Shown here: positions 57,157-64,000 of the stretch, piece by piece
How the letters are laid out: the number at the start of each line of letters is the position of its first letter
Numbering within the stretch: position 1 is the stretch's first letter
Source: Dehalococcoidia bacterium
Lineage (GTDB): Bacteria; Chloroflexota; Dehalococcoidia; Lucifugimonadales; UBA3495
Assembly (NCBI GenBank): GCA_965261795.1
Contig: OZ253476.1
Coordinates: 4,052,771 to 4,116,770, forward strand
Direction of reading: 5' to 3'
DNA length: 64,000 nucleotides
Position numbers and translations under genes: made by a program
Notes under the pieces: generated by a model
Told to the model about the DNA's origin: nothing
Seen by the model: the letters and a program-made list of their open reading frames with translations, nothing else
The model's database searches: none

Positions 57157-57774
57157 TCAGCCGGGGCCGGCCCTCCCTTCGAAAAAGTCCATGTCTATGG
57201 CGAATGCCGAGGCCAGCATCAGCATTCGGAACTCATGGCTCCGCTCACGGTCCCTGAACCGGATACGAAAGGTGTCCGAATCAGTGTAGGCTTCCCGTAA
57301 CAAGCCGCCCCATTCCTTGGTGATACGGCCCAACTCGGACCCACCGGAATCTTCCACGACAAATGTGTACCGTCGGAAGGCGTTCCCTTTTATCATGGCA
57401 ATCTGCCGGTCGTTGGCGTCCACCAGGGCGAATCTTCGGCTCAGAATTCCGAATTGCCGGTAGAGCGCCCCGATGGGGTTTCCGTACCCGTCCATGACCT
57501 GGAGGTTCGAGCGGAACCAGAAGAACGGGCGGCTGGCGGTCATTACCGCATCTCCCTGGTTGTCCACTACGTGAATATTGAGAGGGCGGTGTGAACCCAT
57601 GAACTGGCGGCTCACCGCCCCCGACTCTTCGAAAGCGTGGAGCATCTCGTATCCGTCGGGCGTGAACACGGAGTACTGGTTGGCCATCTCAAAGCCGATA
57701 AATGCCTCGATATGCTCAACCTGTTGGCAAACCAAGAGCTCTTCATATTGTGCCAAGTCAATCATCCCTACCAC
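57157..57774 (-). CDS. Phospholipid-scramblase/LURP-one-related (tubby-like fold) family protein
   Basis: 205 aa. LVCQQVEHIEAFIGFEMANQYSVFTPDG...RPF...F.V.D..G......I.K.W is the pattern of scramblase-family proteins. Confidence 0.6.
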   Translation of the reverse strand: MVGMIDLAQYEELLVCQQVEHIEAFIGFEMANQYSVFTPDGYEMLHAFEESGAVSRQFMGSHRPLNIHVVDNQGDAVMTASRPFFWFRSNLQVMDGYGNPIGALYRQFGILSRRFALVDANDRQIAMIKGNAFRRYTFVVEDSGGSELGRITKEWGGLLREAYTDSDTFRIRFRDRERSHEFRMLMLASAFAIDMDFFEGRAGPG

Positions 57775-58109
57775 CTGGGGCTAAAACGGATAACTCGACT
57801 GTCCAGACCCTTGGTATATGGCTTTAGACAATCAATCACATTCAACGGGCCGGGTCTTCTCCAATAAATACGAGCGGCAGGGTCATCCGGTTTCCCGCAA
57901 AGGTCTCTTGGAAACCTTTTTCGTGATTGCGGCGGCATCCAGGGTTGAACACTGTCAGCGGTTACAAAAGTCAAAAACACGTCAGACGGCAGGGTACAGG
58001 AGTGTTTCTGTTTCAGTTGCCATGATGGATGCAACCGTCGGCAACCAGCGCTATGTCTTTCAGTTACGGTGTAACAGGGTGGGTAGTCGGCGCGCCTTGC
58101 GTTTAATGA

Positions 58110-59378
58110 TCAGTCCCCTGCCGGCGCTCCCAAGGGGCGCGACCCGGGCAGGCGTTCATAGGGGCCGGGCAGACCCAATTCATCGGAAATGCTGCGCATG
58201 GCCGGCAGGACCTCTTCCCCCAGCAGCCTGATACTGGTCATCCGGTCCTCGTGGCTGACCGGGCCATGGTGGTGCCACATCGCGAAGATGCCTGGTCGGA
58301 CCGTTTCCAGGATGTGCCGGATCTTGGGGATGATTGTATCCGGCGTCCCGCAGATCAATTGCAGGTTGTCCTGCTCGGCTTGGAACCGCCCGTAAATCTT
58401 GCTGCGGTTGGCCTCAATCTCTTCCGGCGTCTCCACTGGCTTCAGGGCCATCAACTCCTCGCCGCTGTTGGGGTCGGTGAATACCCGCGCCAACCGCCTT
58501 GTAGCCGCCTTGGAATTGTAGCCTGGCGGGAACATCCACTCGGGCCGGGCGAAAGCGTTGATGCCGCCGCCGTACATAAAGGCGCGGCCCAGTTCCTGGG
58601 CCTTCTCCTCGGTCTCGGCCACCACAACCCGTTGCAGATAGCCGAAATTTTCCGGGCCGAACTCGTAGCCTTCCTGGGCCGCCGTGTCACGGTATAGCTT
58701 GGCCATCTCCATGGTTGGCTCCAGGAAAGTGGCCAAAGCAAGGTAGGGGTAGCGGTGGCGGGCGCACCAGACCACCGTTTCCGGGCTGACCAACCCGGGT
58801 ATCCACATCTGCGGGTATGGCTTCTGCACCGGCAGCACCCACGGGTTGACGTGGCGGTAGTGGTAATGCTTCCCTTCAAAGCGGAAAGGGCCGGGCGTGG
58901 TCCAAGCCTTGATCACAAAGTCGTGGGCCTCGTTGAAAAGCTCCCGGTTGTAGGCCGGGTTGGCGTTGTTGTAAATCGATTCGCTGCCCGCGCCCCTGAC
59001 CCAGCCGGGCACCAAGCGGCCGCCGGAGATCATGTCGATCATCGCCAGTTCTTCGGCAAGGCGCAGCGGATCAGCCACCGGCAGCGGGTTGCCCAGCAGC
59101 ACTATCTTGACCCGCTGGGTGATCCGCGCCAGCACCGCCGCCTCGATGTTCATCACGGCTCCCATACAGAAGGGAGTGCCGTGGTGTTCGTTGAGCATTA
59201 CGCCGTCGAAGCCCTTTTCTTCGGCGTAAACAGCTTCGTCGAAGTATGAGTTGTACAGGCGCCCGCCCACTTCAGGGTCGAAATGTTCGTTGGAAATGCC
59301 GAAATAGCTGGCGTTCTTGATAATCTCATCTTCGGGAACGTCGTAGTAGGGGCGCTCGGTGAACATCATGATGTGCAT
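58110..59378 (-). CDS. LLM-class flavin/F420-dependent oxidoreductase, paralog 5
   Basis: 422 aa. MLNEHHGTP, AEELAMIDMISGGRL, TTPGPFRFEGKHY. Paralog of 36410-37540. Confidence 0.8.
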   Translation of the reverse strand: MHIMMFTERPYYDVPEDEIIKNASYFGISNEHFDPEVGGRLYNSYFDEAVYAEEKGFDGVMLNEHHGTPFCMGAVMNIEAAVLARITQRVKIVLLGNPLPVADPLRLAEELAMIDMISGGRLVPGWVRGAGSESIYNNANPAYNRELFNEAHDFVIKAWTTPGPFRFEGKHYHYRHVNPWVLPVQKPYPQMWIPGLVSPETVVWCARHRYPYLALATFLEPTMEMAKLYRDTAAQEGYEFGPENFGYLQRVVVAETEEKAQELGRAFMYGGGINAFARPEWMFPPGYNSKAATRRLARVFTDPNSGEELMALKPVETPEEIEANRSKIYGRFQAEQDNLQLICGTPDTIIPKIRHILETVRPGIFAMWHHHGPVSHEDRMTSIRLLGEEVLPAMRSISDELGLPGPYERLPGSRPLGAPAGD

Positions 59379-59396
59379 TGCGATGCCTCCTTACTG

Positions 59397-60200
59397 TTAC
59401 TCTTGCGCTAGGAATCCCTGGACCCGGCTGACGAACTGCGCCGTCTGCTCTATCTCCGGCCTGTGCCCGCATTCATCAAAAACGGCCAGTTCGGAACCGG
59501 CGATGGCTTGGTTGTAGCGATGACCTGCCGACAACGGAACAACCGCGTCTTCCCGGCCCCACACAATCAACGTGGGGAGCCCGCTTACTCCTTCCAGCAA
59601 CGGGCCCAAGCTGGGGTTGTGCATGTAAGGTTTCCAAGCCAGACGGGCCGACTCTGCGCGGGCGTCTTCCCAAGCTTCGAATTGCTCCGCCGACTCCTTG
59701 CCGCCGTACAGGGACGCAAATTCCGGGACGGACGCGGAGTCGCGGACGCTGGCGTTCAGGTATGCCCGGGCCGTCACCACGAACATGTCCATAATCTCGC
59801 CCTCCGGCGGCCTCAAGCCCATAGGCGCCACCAGCGCCATGCGACGGAACTGATTGGAGTCGGCCGCCGCCATCTCGGCGGCAATCCACCCTCCCAAGGA
59901 GAAACCAATCACGTCCACAGGACCCAGCGCCATGTCCCGCAGCATCCGCGAATAGAACCCGGCCAAGTCACGGACGGTGATGATCCAATCGGCCCGCGGG
60001 AGAGGCCCGAATCCCGGATGCACCGGCACGAGGAGTGAATAATCACGGGCCAGGTCCGCGTGCCAGGAAAGCCAGCCGGGGTGCCCCAACTCCTCGTGCA
60101 GCACCAGCAACGGGCGGCCTGCTCCACCCCTGATCAGGGTGACGCCCGTACCCCCGACATGAATCGTGCTTTCGGTTTGCCCACTGGCGGAATCTGGCAT
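59397..60200 (-). CDS. Alpha/beta-fold hydrolase
   Basis: 267 aa. HELGHPG oxyanion region, nucleophile elbow GFSLGGWIA, C-terminal CGHRPEIE (His). Confidence 0.8.
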   Translation of the reverse strand: MPDSASGQTESTIHVGGTGVTLIRGGAGRPLLVLHEELGHPGWLSWHADLARDYSLLVPVHPGFGPLPRADWIITVRDLAGFYSRMLRDMALGPVDVIGFSLGGWIAAEMAAADSNQFRRMALVAPMGLRPPEGEIMDMFVVTARAYLNASVRDSASVPEFASLYGGKESAEQFEAWEDARAESARLAWKPYMHNPSLGPLLEGVSGLPTLIVWGREDAVVPLSAGHRYNQAIAGSELAVFDECGHRPEIEQTAQFVSRVQGFLAQE

Positions 60201-60312
60201 TTTGCGGCGCCTCTACAATAAAGCTGGCGAAATTCGGATTCACCTTGCGTCGGGTAGGTTCCCTATTCTTGAGCTTGGTCAAGAAAGTGTCAAGCCGGGC
60301 TACCAATGGCGG

Positions 60313-60465
60313 CAGGGCTTTTCATTCTCTCGTCTTTCCCGCGCAGGCGGGAATCCATATGGTCCTGCAACGAGAAGGTTGCCATAGGCCGCGGTCATGT
60401 AGGTTCCCGCTTTCGCGGGAAAGACGAGACCCATTTAACCCAATCCGGAAAATGAAAAGGCCCTG
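60313..60465. mobile_element. MITE-like 153-bp element with terminal inverted repeats and a 10-bp flanking direct repeat
   Basis: TIRs cagggcttttcatt (60313-60326) and aatgaaaaggccctg (60451-60465). Nested perfect 16-bp IR tctcgtctttcccgcg / cgcgggaaagacgaga. Contains a REP-family hairpin ttcccgcgcaggcgggaa. Flanked by ccaatggcgg at 60303-60312 and 60466-60475. Confidence 0.55.
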
Positions 60466-60608
60466 CCAATGGCGGACTTCGAGGATACCATTCAGGCGGC
60501 TGCCGCCGGCACCTGCGGCGCCAGGTACATAGTTACCAAGAACGTCAGAGACTACGAACGCTCTCCAATCCGTGCGGTCGACCCGCAGCGGGGAAAGAGC
60601 AGGTTAAG
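60466..60608 (+). pseudogene. PIN-domain (VapC-like) toxin C-terminal remnant
   Basis: Reads (PMA)DFEDTIQAAAAGTCGARYIVTKNVRDYERSPIRAVDPQ, matching the PIN C-terminal consensus DFED.lq...a...ga..ivT.N..DF..s.i.v..P. The N-terminal ~80 aa are absent (in-frame TGA 11 codons upstream of the MITE junction). The 3' end is interrupted by the IS. Confidence 0.5.
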
Positions 60609-62330
60609 CCCGAATCCACCGAAGGAGGGCGTGTAGCAGGGTCCTGAAGAGACAAGAAAGTACTCCTGTGCTTCTGGGATAATGGTTTTCGAGACAGAAG
60701 GCCGACCCCAGAAAGGAGCACCCAATAGATGCTACCACGCAACCACCCCGACCGCATCCGCATCGCCTTCGACGATCACCGCCTGGTGGCCAATGCCGGG
60801 CTGCTCCTGCCGTCCACCCTGGCCCAGCATCTCGGCCTGCCCCAACTGGTTGACCGGCGCCTCGACCTGGGCCGCGCCCCAGGCCGAGCCAACACCGGCG
60901 ATAAGATGATGACGCTGGTGGCCTCGGCGCTGGCGGGCGGCGACTGTATCGACGACGCCGACGTGTTGCGCACCGGAGGGACGGCCTGCGCCCTGGGCAG
61001 CACGGTCAAGGCGCCATCCACGCTGGGTACCTTCTTGCGCAGCTTCCGGTGGGGCCATGTCCGCCAGTTGGACCGGGTGAGCCGCGAGCTGCTGGCCCGG
61101 GCCTGGGCCGCTGGGGCGGGACCCGGCGATGCGCCCCTGACCATCGACCTCGATTCCACCATCTGCGAGACCTACGGCCTGGCCAAGGAGGGTGCCCGCC
61201 ACCACGGCTACACCGGCAAGCGGGGCTATCACCCGCTGCTGGCCGTCGCCGCCGGCACCGGCGACGTGCTGATGGCCCGGCTGCGCGAGGGCCGGGCCAA
61301 CACCGCCCGGGGCGCCGCCCACTTCCTGCGGGAGACGGTGGGGCGGGTGCGCTACGCCGGGGCCAGGGGACAGCTCACCATGCGGGCCGACAGCGGCTTC
61401 TATACCCACACCGTGGTCTCCGTCTGCCGCAAGCTGGACGTGCGCTTCTCCATCACCATCCGTACAGCACAAAAGCCTGCACAATCTCATCGAGGCCATA
61501 CCCGAAGATGCCTGGACGCCGATTCCCTACTGGATGGACGGCGCCGCCGATGTGGCGGAGACCACCTATATCCCCTTCCAGAGCGAGCCCGATGCCGCGC
61601 CGGTGCGGCTCATCGTCCGGCGGGTGAGGCCCACGCCCGGTTCCCAGCTGGCCCTCTTCGCCACCTACAGCTATCACGGCTTCATCACCGACCGGGACGG
61701 GGAGACCCTGGAACTGGAGGCGAACCACCGCCGCCACGCCGAGATCGAGAACGCCATCCGAGACCTCAAGTACGGCGTAGGGTTGAATCATCTCCCCTCG
61801 GGCCGCTTCGCCGCCAACGCCGCCTGGCTGGCGGTCCAGGTGATGGCGCACAACCTGGCCCGCTGGACGGCCCGGCTCGGCCTGGGAGAGCAGGTGGTAA
61901 CCACCAAGACCATGCGACGGCGGTTCTTCTCCCTCGCCGGGCGGCTCACCCGCTCGGCGCGCCGCCTCACTCTGCATCTCCCCCGGCGCTGGCCCTGGGA
62001 AACCCAGTTCAGCCGCGCCCTGGCCCGGCTGCGAGCCATTCCATTCCCAGCCTGACGGCGCCGTCGGCGACTGACCCACCACCGGACAACCGAAGGTCCC
62101 CGCAAACTCGCGCCAGCCCGCTCCGGAATGGTCTCCTACTGCATGCTGTCCCGCCGATCTCGCTCGCCACATCCACTGTAGGCCGCCATCGGTGCCCCGA
62201 AAAGCGCCTGCAGACCGCCCGCCAACCTCCCGTCTACCCGAATTCGAGCCCGGATTATCGCGCTTGTAACTCCCTCACTCCCCTTCCGCTGTCCTCACGC
62301 CGTCTATCGGTGTCCATCGGTGGATTCGGG
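60609..62330 (+). mobile_element. IS1380-family insertion sequence, 1722 bp
   Basis: Perfect 14-bp terminal inverted repeats CCCGAATCCACCGA (60609-60622) and TCGGTGGATTCGGG (62317-62330), flanked by a 5-bp direct repeat TTAAG (60604-60608 and 62331-62335). Size, CC-initiated IRs and 5-bp TSD fit the IS1380 family. Confidence 0.8.
60729..62055 (+). pseudogene. IS1380-family DDE transposase, split by a single-nucleotide frameshift
   Basis: N-terminal part: RIRIAFDDHRLVANAGLLLPSTLAQHLGL...HHGYTGKRGYHPLLA...FSITIR. C-terminal part in the +1 frame: LHNLIEAIPEDAWTPIPYW...HRRHAEIENAIRDLKYGVGLNHLPSG. Deleting one A from the A4 run at 61471-61474 restores a single ORF. Confidence 0.8.
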
Positions 62331-62424
62331 TTAAGAGAAGTTTTTTGGCCGCTGATGCTGATCTGACTGACGACCGGCTGGAGACCGACCAAGAGCGGCC
62401 AATATGAAGCAGGAGCTAGAGCAC

Positions 62425-63303
62425 TTACTCCAGCTTGGCTAATTTCTCTACGAGCGCAGCCTCAAAAGCGGCACGGGGAATCGTTTGAGCTGCCAGTAGT
62501 TTGGTTACGGATTCTTCTAACGTGAGCACTTCCCAGTGGCCACGTTGCAGATGGTAGTCTCCAGTTATCTCATTCCATACGATCTCGGGAATGAGCCAAA
62601 TAATATCGCCATCGTTCAAGTCTCGAGTCGGATTGGGGCTTGGTCCACCGATAGCTGCGAAAAACGGTTTGTCAACGGCAACTGCCATTTTAGTTTGCCA
62701 GCGCCGGGCTGTAGGCACCTTTATCTGTAGTTGAGGCATCAACCTTTTTGCACTGGAAGAGCGCCAATCTGGGCGCCGCGTTTTGTCAGGATATGGGGGT
62801 GAAGGCGAGTCATCGTGCCTTAAGACCTCGAATTGTGATGACATGCCACTCCCTGAGAAATAAACGGCCTGAATTTCCAACCCGTACCAACGCAACTCGC
62901 CATCCTGAAGGTGTCTTCCGATCACTAAGTCGATCTTGCCGGCAGGTTTGTCGGTCAGCATACTTTGCATGAACGGAATTTCGCGGGCCACCATTGTCTC
63001 ATCGGGTGGAAATCCCACGATCTCAGCCAGCCACCGAACAATTAGATTGTCTTGCTCAAAACGCGCTGGGCACACCGTAACTGGTGCGCCTTCGGGCCCA
63101 CCAATTCTGCCATTGGCTCCTTCCGTATAGCTTTGTAGGGAGCAGACCCCTCCACTCTTTCTACAAGGCGGGTGATTGGCCTGAAAGGGGCATGGCAGTT
63201 GAGGTGTGTTACCCAAGGCAACGGCAGCATGTTCTCGACGCTGAGTGGATGTTAGAACCGAGAGCGGAGAGCCATACCACTCGCCTATACCGTATCGGCT
63301 CAT
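62425..63303 (-). CDS. NotI-family type II restriction endonuclease
   Basis: 292 aa. N-terminal Cys cluster CPFQANHPPCRKSGGVCS...VCPARF and core KIDLVIG...WYGLEIQAVYFSGSG parallel the NotI Fe-Cys4 motif and the YGVLEIQTMDFHGS catalytic region. 4-bp ATGA overlap with the upstream methylase. Confidence 0.6.
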   Translation of the reverse strand: MSRYGIGEWYGSPLSVLTSTQRREHAAVALGNTPQLPCPFQANHPPCRKSGGVCSLQSYTEGANGRIGGPEGAPVTVCPARFEQDNLIVRWLAEIVGFPPDETMVAREIPFMQSMLTDKPAGKIDLVIGRHLQDGELRWYGLEIQAVYFSGSGMSSQFEVLRHDDSPSPPYPDKTRRPDWRSSSAKRLMPQLQIKVPTARRWQTKMAVAVDKPFFAAIGGPSPNPTRDLNDGDIIWLIPEIVWNEITGDYHLQRGHWEVLTLEESVTKLLAAQTIPRAAFEAALVEKLAKLE

Positions 63304-64000
63304 TCCAAAAACACTCTGCGGTTTGTGATGACCAGTTCTGATATCTGGTTGTGGTGGGTGTTTTTCATCATAACCCTCACAGCGTGGAAACCGTGTTGGG
63401 CCATGAGTTGCAGTATCTCGGGAGATTCGTCGTATGTGGCCAGAACCTCGCCACCCCTAGCAACAATTTGCCCGAGAATGTCGAAGAGATAAGCGTGGTC
63501 GATATAGTTGTGAGTGTAGAGACGCTTGCCTGCCTGCTTGCCTTCGGCTGTGTATGGTGGATCAACGAGGGGCAGGGAGTCAGCGAGCAAGCCCTGGCGG
63601 GCGGCAGAACTGCTATCCCGTCGGCTTCCATGAACTCGATGCGGTCGGCATACCTAGCGATGTTCATCAAGCGTTGCTTTATGGTTCTGGGATACCAGCG
63701 GGACGTGACTCCCTTGCCGTTTTCACCAGCGCGAGTCAGGGCGGCGCCTTTGGCCAGGATTCCCCCTCGCCTGGTTCGATTCAACACTAAAGTCCGGAAC
63801 CCACGCTCTACAACGGTCTTGGATGATTGATTTTCCAGAAGGTATATGTCTTCCCGTGTTAGAGTGAAGTTGTCGATTTGCTTTACGAGTTGCGCGGTAT
63901 GGTGAAGTGCCGCGTCCCAGAAGGCAGCAACGTCCTGGTCCAGCTCGACCATAAGGCAATTCGGTACCAAGTGTTCCATTACGGCAGTGAGTGAGGTTAT
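63300..64000 (-). pseudogene. Alpha-class (Dam/D12-like) DNA amino-methyltransferase, frameshifted; 5' end beyond the right window edge
   Basis: Upstream frame: VELDQDVAAFW...RGFRTLVLNRTRRGGIL...RWYPRTIKQRL...RIEFMEADGIAVL. Downstream frame: LLADSLPLVDPPYTAEGK...LATYDESPEIL...NQISELVITN. The frames change near 63597-63612 (GC-rich run). The reading frame stays open to position 64000. Confidence 0.7.

Noticed and set aside
55889-57289. 466-aa plus-strand ORF
   Set aside because: It is antisense to the BNR protein (seven Asp-boxes) and reads through two intergenic regions. The composition is artefactual.
61460-61480. Programmed ribosomal frameshift in the IS transposase
   Set aside because: IS1380-family transposases are normally single ORFs. 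The required shift is +1 (or -2), not the -1 used by IS1/IS3. The site is a plain A4 run without a slippery heptamer or downstream structure that I can see.
62056-62366. C-terminal ~300 aa of the 545-aa ORF 60729-62366
   Set aside because: After about position 61470 this frame is out-of-frame read-through (Arg/Pro/Gly-rich). The genuine transposase C-terminus is in the +1 frame and ends at 62055.

Overview
Gene-dense, high-G+C (by eye) bacterial chromosomal segment. About 60 supportable features; most genes are on the minus strand. The backbone is catabolic and redox metabolism: five luciferase-like (LLM) flavin/F420 oxidoreductase paralogs, a Rieske oxygenase, hydantoinase A/B, an SDR, a class-III aminotransferase, acetyl-CoA synthetase, a lactonase, CMD/AhpD-like and OsmC proteins, a rhodanese, a hydratase and an alpha/beta hydrolase. 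An envelope block holds an RND pump with an unusually long 841-aa adaptor, a cohesin/dockerin gene pair with a 7x PPC-repeat protein, and a two-component system followed by a lipoprotein and a 1240-aa HYR/beta-repeat surface protein. Small, visibly lower-G+C accessory insertions are scattered through this backbone. They are: (i) a 3.4-kb islet at tRNA-Asp, bounded by a 63-bp tRNA repeat, with a decayed integrase and a Septu-like ATPase+HNH pair; (ii) a solitary NucS-like nuclease; (iii) hicAB; (iv) orphan higA with a 5'-truncated higB abutting a three-gene cluster of uncharacterised membrane proteins, my top candidate for something undescribed; (v) a low-G+C GIY-YIG gene wedged upstream of hyuA; (vi) a PIN-toxin remnant hit by both a MITE-like element and an IS1380-family IS with clean IRs and TSD; (vii) a NotI-family restriction gene coupled to a frameshifted amino-methyltransferase. 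A GTCATTCC-hairpin REP-like repeat family litters intergenic regions. I found no rRNA, CRISPR array, cas genes or reverse transcriptase. The pump lacks an outer-membrane factor, LLM paralogs are numerous and two Uma2 nucleases are present. This is compatible with a Chloroflexota (SAR202-like) origin, but that is inference only. All family calls come from motif recognition by eye and none has been checked against a database.
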